Assembly (NCBI GenBank): GCA_028688835.1
Contig: JAQTXL010000001.1
Coordinates: 12,328 to 72,380, forward strand
Direction: 5' to 3'
From: Candidatus Nanopelagicales bacterium
Lineage (GTDB): Bacteria; Actinomycetota; Actinomycetes; S36-B12
Length of the DNA: 60,053 bases
This document shows, piece by piece, positions 1 to 10,738 of the stretch. Position 1 is the first letter of the stretch. Every line of letters starts with the position of its first letter. Under the pieces are notes generated by a model. That model saw only the letters and a program-made list of their open reading frames with translations. It searched no databases and had not been told where the DNA came from. The position numbers and the translations under genes were made by a program.

Positions 1-204
1 GCCGAGGCCTGGCACCCGCACCTGCCGCGCGGGGCCCGCAACCTGGTGCAGCCCTCCGGCACCTTCGCCGAGGTCCTGCATGGCCCATCGCACCAGTCCG
101 ACGGCACGATGAACCTCGCGGGCGCACTGCGCAAGGCCATGGCGACCACGGGCTACAGCGAGCTCAAGGGCTTCCAGCGCGTCGAGATGGTCATCGGCAG
201 CTGA
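1..204 (+). CDS. IMP dehydrogenase-related protein (GuaB3-like), C-terminal fragment; 5' end lies outside the window
   Basis: Frame 1 is open from base 1 to TGA at 202-204. It translates to ...NLAGALRKAMATTGYSELKGFQRVEMVIGS, which resembles GuaB/GuaB3 C-termini. G/C-rich third codon positions. It lies upstream of guaA, as in many actinobacteria. Confidence 0.55.
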   Translation, partial: AEAWHPHLPRGARNLVQPSGTFAEVLHGPSHQSDGTMNLAGALRKAMATTGYSELKGFQRVEMVIGS

Positions 205-212
205 CTCGCGCG

Positions 213-485
213 ATGACCGAACCCGACCAGGCCACGACGGCCGTGCCGCGCACCTACCTGTGGTGGGCAGTCGCGGCCACAGCCCTGTGCTTCGCCCCGC
301 TCGGGATCCTCACGCTGTTCTTCGCCGTGCGCACCCTGTCGCGCCTCAATCACGATGACCTCGAGGGCGCGGCCCGCTGGAGCCGCCTGGCCCGCCGCTG
401 GCTCATCATCACGGTCGTCATCGGCGTCATGGTGAACCTCGTGCTGCTCGTGGTGCTGGGCCTCCTGGGGGCATTCAGCACCTGA
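213..485 (+). CDS. CD225/dispanin-family small membrane protein
   Basis: 90-aa ORF with two hydrophobic helices. The pattern YLWWAV..LCFAPLGILTLFFAVRT...GD..A is typical of CD225/interferon-induced-transmembrane-like bacterial proteins. Confidence 0.55.
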   Translation: MTEPDQATTAVPRTYLWWAVAATALCFAPLGILTLFFAVRTLSRLNHDDLEGAARWSRLARRWLIITVVIGVMVNLVLLVVLGLLGAFST

Positions 486-518
486 TCGGTGCCCCGCGCC
501 AGACGTTAGGCTGCGCAC

Positions 519-2160
<1,642 letters not shown>

Positions 2161-2252
2161 CTTTGGGAAGCGCGACGTGGGAAGCATCACGATCTGCTCA
2201 CGATGCGTGCCGCGGTGCCGGAAATCGTGCGGTGTCGGGTTAGATTCTGCGG

Positions 2253-3845
2253 ATGCGAATCTCCCGAACCCTTGCCGTCTCCGCCGCGGCAGTAGCCCTG
2301 ATCGCCGGCGCCATCGCGCCGGCCGCCAATGCCGCCGACACCGTCGTCCCCAACGCCCAGTGGTCACTCGGCCTGGCCCCGGAGGTCACCACGAGCCCCG
2401 GCGTGCAGGGCGCCTACATCCGCCTGTGGGACATGAAGACCGCGTGGCGCGACATCAACCCGGCCCCCGGCCAGTTCGACTTCTCGATCATGGATCAGCG
2501 CGTCGCGCAGGTCGAGGCCGCCGGTGCCAAGCCGCTCATCGTGCTGGGCCTGACCCCGCAATGGGCCGCAGCAGACCCCTCCGCAGGCGACCCCCGCTGG
2601 GGCGCCGGCACCGCATCGGCTCCGGCGAACATCAGCACCTACGTCGCCTACGTCACGGCGATCATGCAGCACTACGGCAGCAGGGTCGGCGCGATCGAGG
2701 TCTGGAACGAGGCCAACCTCAAGACCTTCTGGACCGGCACGCCAGGGCAGATGGCAGACCTCACGGCAGCTGCCTACAAGGCCATCAAGTCCATCAGCCC
2801 CGGCACCGCGGTGATCGCAGCATCGTCCACGACGCGGCTCTTCGGCTCGGTCAAGAACTTCTTCGGCCCCTACGCGGCCGCGGTCAAGAAGCAGGGCTAT
2901 CCGATCGACGGCTGGACGATCCACACCTACCCGGCGGGCAACCAGGGCCCGGCCGACCGCTACCAGCAGATCCTCGAGTGGCAGGGCGTGCTCAAGAACG
3001 CAACCGACAACGACCCGGCAGCCATGGCCAAGCAGGTCTGGGACACCGAGATCAACTACGGCCTCGCCGGCCCGGGCGCGATCCCGAAGACCGACTTCGA
3101 CGCCAACGGCAGCTCGCAGTACGTTGCCCGCACGTTCGTCGACTCGCAGCGCATCGGCATCGACGCCACGTTCTGGTACATGTGGACGGCCAGCTCGTTC
3201 TCGCTGCTGGGCATCCAGATGTTCACCGGCACCACACCGTCGATCACCGCCTACAACACCACGCGCTCCTGGCTCGTCGGGGCGACCTTCAAGGGCTGCG
3301 ACACCGATGGCAATGTCCTGAAGTGCTTCTTCACCAAGAACGGTGAGGCGTTCTTCCTGGGCATGTCCAAGAACGACACCCCGGTGTCGTACTCCAAGGC
3401 AGCCACGCTGAATGTCGAGAACTGGATCGGCCAGGCCACCACGCCGGCTGGCACCGTCTCGCTCGGCACCGGACCGCAGAAGTTCACCTGCCCCGGCGCT
3501 GACAAGTCGGCCTGCACCTTCGGTGCTGCGGCCGCCGCCGGCGCGACCACGGGCGGCGCTGCATCCGGCTCAGGCGCCACGGCGGCCAAGAGCATCACCA
3601 TCAGAGCCACGAAGGGCACGTTCAACGGCAAGAAGGCCGTGATCATCACGGGCAAGGCCGTGGGCATGGAGGGCGAGCAGGTCACGCCCTTCGTCAAGCT
3701 GAAGACCGAGAGGCGTTTCACGGCACTAGCACCGGTGACGGTCGGCGCCGACGGCTCGTTCACGGCCCATCGCAACACCAGCAAGATCGCAACGGTCTAC
3801 GTCGTGAACAACGGCGTGCAGTCGAACACCGTCACGGCCAGGTAG
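2253..3845 (+). CDS. Secreted glycoside hydrolase-like protein (clan GH-A / TIM-barrel type) with Ala/Gly linker and C-terminal Ig-like domain
   Basis: Signal peptide MRISRTLAVSAAAVALIAGAIAPAANA. It has EVWNEANL (an NEP-type acid/base motif) and is a paralogue of the ORF at 25730. The exact GH family cannot be assigned by eye. Confidence 0.7.
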   Translation: MRISRTLAVSAAAVALIAGAIAPAANAADTVVPNAQWSLGLAPEVTTSPGVQGAYIRLWDMKTAWRDINPAPGQFDFSIMDQRVAQVEAAGAKPLIVLGLTPQWAAADPSAGDPRWGAGTASAPANISTYVAYVTAIMQHYGSRVGAIEVWNEANLKTFWTGTPGQMADLTAAAYKAIKSISPGTAVIAASSTTRLFGSVKNFFGPYAAAVKKQGYPIDGWTIHTYPAGNQGPADRYQQILEWQGVLKNATDNDPAAMAKQVWDTEINYGLAGPGAIPKTDFDANGSSQYVARTFVDSQRIGIDATFWYMWTASSFSLLGIQMFTGTTPSITAYNTTRSWLVGATFKGCDTDGNVLKCFFTKNGEAFFLGMSKNDTPVSYSKAATLNVENWIGQATTPAGTVSLGTGPQKFTCPGADKSACTFGAAAAAGATTGGAASGSGATAAKSITIRATKGTFNGKKAVIITGKAVGMEGEQVTPFVKLKTERRFTALAPVTVGADGSFTAHRNTSKIATVYVVNNGVQSNTVTAR

Positions 3846-3871
3846 TCAGCAGGCTCAGGTGCGCGGTGGTG

Positions 3872-4591
3872 CTACGGCATCACCGCGCGCCTGAAGCCCT
3901 CGGCCAGGCGGCCCTCAGGCAGGCCCGCAGTGGCAGCCGTGGCTGCCAGCCAGGTGCGCAGGAAGCCCGGGAGATCCTCCATGTGCGAGGTCTGGCTCAC
4001 ATGCGCCCGAAGCGCGGCGACCTTCTGGTCGAACGCATCGGTGACATCGATGAAGTGATCGGGGTCGGGGGATCCCATGACCCACACCTCGCCCACCGAC
4101 CACGCCTCCAGGCCCTCGTCGGCGAGCAGCGCCTGGTGGGCGAAGGGGTTGCGGGCATCGGGGTAGATCGCGAAGATCGCGGCCTCGCCGGAGGCCAGGT
4201 GGTCGGGGTGCGAGGCGGGGATGCGCGCCCAGTTGCGCTCAGGGGACTGGATGAGCATGAGCTGCGGCCGCACCTGGCGGATCACCCGGCTGATGTCGCG
4301 GCGCAGCTCGTGGGTCACGGTCAGCTCGCCGTCGCGGTAGCCCAGGAAGTGGATCTCGCTGACGCCCAGGGCCTGGCCGGCGGCCCGCTGCTCGGCCTGC
4401 CGGATCGCCGGGATCTGCTCGCGCGGCACTGCCGGGTCGAAGCCACCGGCGTCTCCTGAGGTGATGACGCAGTAGCTCACGCCCACGCCCGAGGCCACCA
4501 GCGTGGCCACCGTGCCGCCGGCGCCGAAGTCGACGTCGTCGGGGTGCGCCGTGACCACGAGGGCCCGTTCGAATGCCGCCATGCTGCTCAT
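3872..4591 (-). CDS. PIG-L/LmbE-family deacetylase
   Basis: Motifs VVTAHPDDVDFGAGG and HPDH are typical of LmbE/MshB-type metal-dependent deacetylases. The ORF extends to 4657, but ATG at 4591 (MSSMAAFERALVV) or at 4582 fits family N-termini better. Confidence 0.8.
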   Translation of the reverse strand: MSSMAAFERALVVTAHPDDVDFGAGGTVATLVASGVGVSYCVITSGDAGGFDPAVPREQIPAIRQAEQRAAGQALGVSEIHFLGYRDGELTVTHELRRDISRVIRQVRPQLMLIQSPERNWARIPASHPDHLASGEAAIFAIYPDARNPFAHQALLADEGLEAWSVGEVWVMGSPDPDHFIDVTDAFDQKVAALRAHVSQTSHMEDLPGFLRTWLAATAATAGLPEGRLAEGFRRAVMP

Positions 4592-4602
4592 CCCATCGTC
4601 GA

Positions 4603-4618
4603 TGTGATCCCGATCACA
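4603..4618. promoter_or_regulatory. Perfect CRP/GlxR-type palindrome TGTGA-N6-TCACA in a divergent intergenic region
   Basis: TGTGATCCCGATCACA was read directly at 4603-4618. It lies between the deacetylase (-) and the secreted peptidase (+). A second inverted repeat, GTCAC-TTCC-GTGAC, lies at 4660-4673. Confidence 0.5.
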
Positions 4619-4678
4619 CAAATAGTCCCGAGGAAGCACTCGCCACATTGGTCTCATCCGTCACTTCCGTGACACCAT

Positions 4679-6676
4679 ATGCGGGTGCTTCCCCACACCG
4701 GGCGTTTCGCCCTGCCTCAGCGACGCCGTCGCCGGGGCAGCAGCGCCGTGCTGGTGGGGGTCCTGGCAGGCACGTTACTCGTTGCCGTGCTCCCGCAGGC
4801 ACAGGCCGCCGATTCCGGCTGGACCCCGTCGTCATGGACCGGCATCGCCCAGGGCCCGCCGGTGCCCGGCGCCAACCTGCCGCCGGCCGCCACTCCCGCC
4901 AACCCCGTGCCTGTGCCGCCGCAGCTCGACACCCTGCCGACCTATGAGGGCCAGCAGGTGTGCGACCCCACGCCCAAGCCGGGCACCCAGCGGGCTGCCG
5001 ACCTCATCAAGGCCACCTTCGGTGCCAACCAGGAGGTCTGGATCTCCCGCGGCTGCGACGTCGGCGACCAGAGCGAGCACAAGGAGGGCCGTGCCCTCGA
5101 CTGGATGACCAACGTGCGCAATGCGCAGGAGCGGTCCAACGCCGAGTCCTACCTGCGCTGGCTGCTCGGCCCCGACGCCACGGGCCAGGCCTACGGCAAC
5201 GCCTACCGCATGGGCATCATGTACATCGGCTGGAACGACCGCATCTGGCGCGGGTACGACGCCGAGCGCGGCTGGGCCGAGCTCAAGGGCTGCTTCGCCA
5301 GGCCTGAGCCGAGCAGCGACACCACCTGCCATCGCAACCACATCCACATCTCCTTCACGTGGGACGGCGCCGCCGGCACGACCTCGCTGTGGACCGGGGC
5401 GGCCATCACCGCTCCCTACTGCCCGCGCGTGTCCTCGGGCGCCCGAACGCAGTACCCCGAGGCCAAGGGCGAGCTCGTCCCGATCGGCCCGGTGCGCGTG
5501 CTCGACACCCGCGCCCCGATCGGCGTCGCCCAGCGCTGCCGGCTCGAGCAGGACCGCTGGACCGGCGACTCGCATCGGCTCTTCCCCAAGATCACCGGCG
5601 TGGGAGGGATCCCTCCGAGCAATGTCGGCTCGGTGCGCGTGCGCGTGACCGCTCAGGGCTCCAACACGGCGGCCACCGTGCGCCTGTGGTCGCCCGGGCA
5701 GAACACGAGCATCCCGGTGCTGCAGGTGGGCATGAACGCTGACGCTGTCGGCGAGGCCACGGTGCCGGTCTCCACCGACGGCACCATCGCCCTGGCCACT
5801 TCTGCCGGCGCAGTCGACATCGTCGTGGAGGTGCTGGGCTACTACCGGGCCGATGCCACCGCTCCGGCCACCGTCCTGCCGAACACGACCTCGGGCTCGA
5901 CGCCCGCCGTGGTCCCGGCACCTGCGGCAGTGCCCGAGCAGGCCCCGGCGCAGACGGTCATGCCGGCCAGCCCACCGCCGCTGGCGCCTGAGCCGAGCGA
6001 GTTCCATCCCGTGGGCTCGGTGCTGGGCTACGAGTCCACCACCGACGGCCCGATCCAGCCCGGTGAGTCGCGCACGGTCGCCCTGGCCGGGCTGCCGGCC
6101 GAGGCGCGCACCGCCGTCGTGTTCGTCACCACGAAGCAGGCCGAGAAGCGCGGCGTGCTGCGCATCGGCAGATCCAGCGCCACTGAGTCCCTGCCCGTGA
6201 AGTTCCCCAAGACGCGGATGCGCAAGTCGGTGATGATCGTGCCGGTGACGGGAAGCTCGCTGGTGGTCAGCGCCTCGCCCTCGTCAGCAGTGCAGATCCG
6301 CGTGGAGGTGCTGGGCTACGGCACCAGTGACACTCCGCCGCAGGTCATCGCCCTGAGTCCGCGCCCGATCATGCAGGGCACGGTCGACCCCAGCAAGCCG
6401 CAGCTGTTCAAGGTCTCGCGCAAGTTCGGCCTGCCCGGCATGAAGAAGCTCAAGGCCGTGCTGCTGCGCGTGCAGACCTCGAAGGCCACCCAGGACGGCA
6501 CCCTGGCCGTCTACGCCTCCGGCGGCGCGCCACCGGGCACCCGCTCGGCTCCGGTGATGGCCAATGCTGGATATGCCGCGCTCGTGCTGGCGCCCGTGGG
6601 AGCCGACGGCAAGGTGCAGGTGAGCTCCACGGTGCCGGCGTCCTTCGTCGCCAACCTCGTCGGTTACGTCAAGTAG
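4679..6676 (+). CDS. Secreted LAS-type (VanY/Hedgehog-fold-like) zinc peptidase domain protein with three tandem beta-rich C-terminal modules
   Basis: Arg-rich signal peptide (RRRRRGSSAVLVGVLAGTLLVAVLPQAQA). It carries SEHKEGRALDW and HRNHIHISF, the H-x(n)-D and HxH metal ligands of the LAS fold. Three modules of about 110-130 aa follow, each ending V(E/N)(V/L)(L/V)GY. Confidence 0.65.
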   Translation: MRVLPHTGRFALPQRRRRRGSSAVLVGVLAGTLLVAVLPQAQAADSGWTPSSWTGIAQGPPVPGANLPPAATPANPVPVPPQLDTLPTYEGQQVCDPTPKPGTQRAADLIKATFGANQEVWISRGCDVGDQSEHKEGRALDWMTNVRNAQERSNAESYLRWLLGPDATGQAYGNAYRMGIMYIGWNDRIWRGYDAERGWAELKGCFARPEPSSDTTCHRNHIHISFTWDGAAGTTSLWTGAAITAPYCPRVSSGARTQYPEAKGELVPIGPVRVLDTRAPIGVAQRCRLEQDRWTGDSHRLFPKITGVGGIPPSNVGSVRVRVTAQGSNTAATVRLWSPGQNTSIPVLQVGMNADAVGEATVPVSTDGTIALATSAGAVDIVVEVLGYYRADATAPATVLPNTTSGSTPAVVPAPAAVPEQAPAQTVMPASPPPLAPEPSEFHPVGSVLGYESTTDGPIQPGESRTVALAGLPAEARTAVVFVTTKQAEKRGVLRIGRSSATESLPVKFPKTRMRKSVMIVPVTGSSLVVSASPSSAVQIRVEVLGYGTSDTPPQVIALSPRPIMQGTVDPSKPQLFKVSRKFGLPGMKKLKAVLLRVQTSKATQDGTLAVYASGGAPPGTRSAPVMANAGYAALVLAPVGADGKVQVSSTVPASFVANLVGYVK

Positions 6677-6707
6677 GGCCGTCAGCGCCGACCCCTACGA
6701 TGCATCG

Positions 6708-8921
6708 GTGACTACGGCCGCCGACCTCCTGATCGACCTCAATGAGCCCCAGCGGGCGGCGGTCGAGCACCGTGGCGGGCCGCTGCTGATCGTGGCCGGA
6801 GCCGGTTCGGGCAAGACCCGCGTGCTCACCCGCCGCATCGCGCACCTGCTCGCCACCGGCGATGCCCGCCCGGGCGAGATCCTGGCCATCACGTTCACGA
6901 ACAAGGCCGCTGGCGAGATGAAGGAGCGCGTCGCCGAGCTCGTCGGCCCGAGCGCGAAGACGATGTGGGTCTCCACCTTCCACAGCGCCTGCGTGCGCAT
7001 CCTGCGGGCCGAGTCCAAGCGCCTGGGCATCTCGAGCAGCTTCACCATCTACGACCAGGCCGACTCCCTGCGCCTGATGACCATGGTCATCCGCGACCTC
7101 GACCTCGATGCCAAGCGGTTCACGCCGCGCAGCTTCCTGGCGCAGGTCTCCAATCTCAAGAACGAGCTCATCGACGAGGAGACCTACGCCTCTCGGGCGA
7201 GCAACGTGATGGAGGAGACGCTGGCCAGCGCCTACCGCGACTACCAGGCGCGCCTGCGCCGCGCCAGCGCCTTCGACTTCGACGACCTCATCAGCAGCAC
7301 CGTCGCGCTGCTGCAGGTGTTCCCCGACGTGGCCGAGCACTACCGCCGCAGGTTCCGCCAGATCATGGTCGATGAGTACCAGGACACCAACCATGCGCAG
7401 TACCAGCTGGTCAAGGAGCTCGTCGGCCACGACACCCCTGAGCTCAAGGCCGGCGAGCTGTGCGTGGTGGGCGACGCCGACCAGTCGATCTACGCCTTCC
7501 GCGGCGCCACCATCCGCAACATCGAGGAGTTCGAGCGCGACTACCCCAATGCGCGCACGATCCTGCTCGAGCAGAACTACCGCTCCACCCAGACCATCCT
7601 CACCGCGGCCAATGCGGTCATCACGCGCAACCAGGGCCGTCGCGCCAAGAGCCTCTGGACCGACTCCGGCCAGGGCGAGCCCATCGTCATCTACGTCGCC
7701 GACGACGAGCACGACGAGGCCTCGTTCATCGCGCGCGAGATCGACGACCTCTCCGACGACCACGGGGTCAAGCCCAGCGATGTCGCGGTGTTCTACCGCA
7801 CCAATGCGCAGTCGCGATCGGTCGAAGATGTCTTCATCCGCGTCGGCATGCCCTACAAGGTCGTCGGCGGCGTGCGCTTCTATGAGCGCAAGGAGGTGCG
7901 CGACGCCATCGCCTACCTGCGCGCGCTGGCCAACCCCGACGACGACGTCTCGCTGCGACGCATCCTCAACGTGCCCAAGCGCGGCATCGGCGATCGGGCC
8001 GAGTCGATGGTCGAGGCCTTCGCCCAGCGCGAGCGCATCTCGTTCTGGGCCGCCCTCGAGCGCGCCGAGGAGGCGCCGGGCATGGCCACGCGCTCGATCG
8101 GCAGCATCGCCCCCTTCGTCGAGATGATGCGCGGCCTGCGCACGCTCGTCGAGTCCGGCGCCGACTCGGCCACGATCCTGCAGGCCGTGCTCGAGCAGTC
8201 GGGCTATGTCGCCGAGCTCACCCACTCCACGGACCCGCAGGACGAGGGCCGCCTCGAGAACCTCGCCGAGCTGGAGTCGGTCGCCCAGGAGTTCACCGAC
8301 GAGAACCCCGAGGGCACGCTCGTCGACCTGCTCGAGCGCATCGCCCTGGTCGCCGATGCCGACTCGATCCCCGATCACGAGGGCGGCGTGGTCACCCTCA
8401 TGACCCTGCACACGGCCAAGGGCCTGGAGTTCCCGGTCGTCTTCCTCACCGGCATGGAGGACGGCGTCTTCCCGCACATGCGCTCCCTCGGCGACCCCAA
8501 GGAGCTCGAGGAGGAGCGCCGACTGGCCTACGTGGGCATCACCCGGGCCCGCGAGCGCCTCTACCTGAGCCGCTCGATGATGCGCTCGGCCTGGGGCGCC
8601 CCCGCCTACAACCCGGCCTCACGCTTCCTCGACGAGATCCCCGAGGAGGCGATCAGCTGGCGCCGCGAGGAGCCGGTGCGCCAGGCCTTCACGCCGTCGG
8701 TGTCGCGCAGCAGCAGCGCCCTGCGCCTGGGTGATCGCGTCGTGGGCACCGGCCCGGTCATCAACCTGTCGGCGGGCGACCGCGTGACCCACAGCAAGTT
8801 CGGCCTCGGCACCGTCGTGAGCACCTCGGGCAGCGGCGACAAGGCCGACGCCACCATCGACTTCGGCTCGGCCGGGGTCAAGCGGCTGCTGCTGCGCTAT
8901 GCACCGGTGGAGAAGCTGTAG
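6708..8921 (+). CDS. pcrA: ATP-dependent DNA helicase PcrA/UvrD
   Basis: 737 aa. Walker A is AGAGSGKT, with DEYQDTN and other SF1 helicase motifs such as TLHTAKGLEFPVVF and YVGITRA. GTG start. Confidence 0.95.
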   Translation: MTTAADLLIDLNEPQRAAVEHRGGPLLIVAGAGSGKTRVLTRRIAHLLATGDARPGEILAITFTNKAAGEMKERVAELVGPSAKTMWVSTFHSACVRILRAESKRLGISSSFTIYDQADSLRLMTMVIRDLDLDAKRFTPRSFLAQVSNLKNELIDEETYASRASNVMEETLASAYRDYQARLRRASAFDFDDLISSTVALLQVFPDVAEHYRRRFRQIMVDEYQDTNHAQYQLVKELVGHDTPELKAGELCVVGDADQSIYAFRGATIRNIEEFERDYPNARTILLEQNYRSTQTILTAANAVITRNQGRRAKSLWTDSGQGEPIVIYVADDEHDEASFIAREIDDLSDDHGVKPSDVAVFYRTNAQSRSVEDVFIRVGMPYKVVGGVRFYERKEVRDAIAYLRALANPDDDVSLRRILNVPKRGIGDRAESMVEAFAQRERISFWAALERAEEAPGMATRSIGSIAPFVEMMRGLRTLVESGADSATILQAVLEQSGYVAELTHSTDPQDEGRLENLAELESVAQEFTDENPEGTLVDLLERIALVADADSIPDHEGGVVTLMTLHTAKGLEFPVVFLTGMEDGVFPHMRSLGDPKELEEERRLAYVGITRARERLYLSRSMMRSAWGAPAYNPASRFLDEIPEEAISWRREEPVRQAFTPSVSRSSSALRLGDRVVGTGPVINLSAGDRVTHSKFGLGTVVSTSGSGDKADATIDFGSAGVKRLLLRYAPVEKL

Positions 8922-8935
8922 GGCGTCGGTGCCAC

Positions 8936-8968
8936 TTGACATTCAACAAGTCTGAATGCATATTCAGA
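8936..8968 (+). promoter_or_regulatory. AT-rich promoter/operator candidate upstream of the wHTH-NTase/HEPN pair
   Basis: TTGACA lies at 8936-8941, and the inverted repeat TCTGAAT-GCAT-ATTCAGA at 8951-8968. The patch is locally AT-rich in an otherwise roughly 70% GC context, immediately before a GTG at 8972. Confidence 0.4.
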
Positions 8969-8971
8969 GAT

Positions 8972-9589
8972 GTGAAATCGCCTCAACTCCTGCCCCTGCT
9001 GCGCTCCCAGACCCAGGGCGACCTGCTCGCGCTGCTGTTCCTGCACCCGCAGCAGGAATACTCGCTCACCGAGATCGCCCGGCGGATCGGCGTCTCGACC
9101 TCAGGTGTGCACCATGAGGTGACCCGGCTCCTGGATGCCGGATTCGTCGCCGATCGGCGCGTGGGCAACACGCGCCTGGTCAGGGCGAATGCCAGCACAG
9201 TGGTGGCCGAGCCGCTGACCCAGTTGCTCGCCGTGACCTATGGGCCGCTCCCGGTCCTGCACGACCTTCTCGTCGATGAGCCCCTGGTGGACGAGGCCTT
9301 CATCTACGGCTCGTGGGCGGCGCGCTACCTGGGTGTCCCCGGTCCAGTCCCCGAAGACGTCGATGTCCTCGTGGTGGGCACCGCAGATGCGGACCGCCTT
9401 GACGACATCGCCAGCGCCGCCAGTGAGGTGCTGCATCGGGATGTCAGCATCCGTCGTGCCCGTCGGGACGCCTGGGCGCTGGCTCGAGCGGGGGACGGGA
9501 GCCAGCCGTTCCTCAGCACCGTCGCGCAAGGTCCACGCGTGCTCCTTGATGTCGGAGCGCTGGATGCCGCGACGGAAGGTGAGCGATGA
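8972..9589 (+). CDS. Winged-helix (ArsR/MarR-like) domain fused to a minimal nucleotidyltransferase (MNT-type antitoxin-like)
   Basis: wHTH segment LTEIARRIGVSTSGVHHEVTRLLDAGFV. NTase signature YGSWA...EDVDVLVVG (GS...DxD). The ORF opens at TTG 8936, and I prefer GTG 8972 because 8936-8968 looks like promoter/operator. Its end overlaps the next ORF by 4 nt. Confidence 0.6.
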   Translation: MKSPQLLPLLRSQTQGDLLALLFLHPQQEYSLTEIARRIGVSTSGVHHEVTRLLDAGFVADRRVGNTRLVRANASTVVAEPLTQLLAVTYGPLPVLHDLLVDEPLVDEAFIYGSWAARYLGVPGPVPEDVDVLVVGTADADRLDDIASAASEVLHRDVSIRRARRDAWALARAGDGSQPFLSTVAQGPRVLLDVGALDAATEGER

Positions 9590-10056
9590 GGTGGAACGCG
9601 GGACGCGACGTCCTCGACGCGATGCTGCTCGCGAATCCGCCGAGGCTTCAGCGGGTGGCACCCAGCCGCGAGCACGCGGAGCGGCTCATTGCCCAGGCTC
9701 GTGCGCACCTCGCGTCGGCGTCGCTGCTGGCCAGCGATGATCCGGAAGGCGCCTATGCGCTGCTCTACGACGCAGCCCGGAAGTCGCTGACGGCGATCCT
9801 CGAGAACCAAGGACTTCGTCCGACCTCGGCGGGCGGCCATGTAGCGGTCTACGACGCAGTCCGCGCACAGCTGGACCCACCGATGGGCAGCACCATTCGT
9901 CCCTTCGATCGCATGCGTCGCAATCGACGTGACGCGGAGTATCCGCCGAGCGATGCTCCGTCCATCGACGTGGACATGGTGCGCGAGGATCTCCCGAAGA
10001 GCCGGGCGCTCGTCGACATCGCAGCGCAAGTGCTCGATGAGATGAGCCCGTTCTAG
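9586..10056 (+). CDS. HEPN-domain protein (SAV_6107-like family), putative toxin partner
   Basis: All-helical 156-aa ORF. The patterns A..LA.A..LL..DP.GAY.LLYDAARK and GLRPTSAGGHVAVYDAV are as in actinobacterial HEPN partners of MNTs. The motif region RRNRRDAEY lacks the canonical His. ATGA overlap with the upstream gene. Confidence 0.55.
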   Translation: MRWNAGRDVLDAMLLANPPRLQRVAPSREHAERLIAQARAHLASASLLASDDPEGAYALLYDAARKSLTAILENQGLRPTSAGGHVAVYDAVRAQLDPPMGSTIRPFDRMRRNRRDAEYPPSDAPSIDVDMVREDLPKSRALVDIAAQVLDEMSPF

Positions 10057-10099
10057 CCCTGCTGTTGGCCTTCTCGCCGGTGGAGCAGCTCTCGCCGCC

Positions 10100-10738
10100 T
10101 CAGATGAGGTGGCGCGCCGACGCCCACTTCGCCAGCTCATGCCGATCCGAGAGCTGCAGCTTGCGCAGCACTGCCGACACATGCGTCTCCACGGTCTTGA
10201 TCGAGAGCACGAGCTCGGCTGCGACCTCGCGGTAGGTGTACCCGCGAGCGATGAGCCGCATCACCTCGCGCTCGCGTGGCGTGAGGCGATCGAGCTCCTC
10301 GTCGTCCTCGGCTGCGCCGCCGGTGAAGGCATCGAGCACGAATCCGGCAAGGCGCGGCGAGAACACCGCGTCGCCGTCGGCGATGCGCTGCACGGCAGCG
10401 ATGAGTTCCGGTCCGGTGATGGTCTTCGTGACGTAGCCGCGCGCTCCGCCGCGCACGACGCCCACGACATCCTCTGCGGCATCGCTGACCGACAGTGCCA
10501 GGAAGCGCGTGTGCGGCACCTGCTCGATGCAGGCGTCGAGCACGGCTCGTCCGCCGCCGCCGGGCAGGTGCACGTCGAGCAGCACGACATCAGGGCGCGT
10601 CTGGATGATCACCGTGATCGCAGAGGCGACATCCTCAGCCTCGCCGACGATCTCGACAGCGTCGCCGATCTCGGCGCGCACCCCCGCGCGCACCATGGAG
10701 TGGTCGTCGACGAGGACTACTCGGACGGGCTGGGTCAT
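10100..10738 (-). CDS. NarL/LuxR-family response regulator
   Basis: The receiver domain is VVLVDDH...DVVLLDVHLPGGGG. The C-terminal LuxR HTH is LTPREREVMRLIARGYTYREVAAELVLSIKTVETHVSAVLRKL. Confidence 0.9.
   Translation of the reverse strand: MTQPVRVVLVDDHSMVRAGVRAEIGDAVEIVGEAEDVASAITVIIQTRPDVVLLDVHLPGGGGRAVLDACIEQVPHTRFLALSVSDAAEDVVGVVRGGARGYVTKTITGPELIAAVQRIADGDAVFSPRLAGFVLDAFTGGAAEDDEELDRLTPREREVMRLIARGYTYREVAAELVLSIKTVETHVSAVLRKLQLSDRHELAKWASARHLI

Noticed and set aside
3861-3888. Inverted repeat GCGCGGTG...CACCGCGC between the convergent GH gene and the deacetylase gene, as a bidirectional terminator.
   Set aside because: The 8-bp stem has a 12-nt loop and overlaps the deacetylase stop codon region. 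It is too weak to call with confidence.
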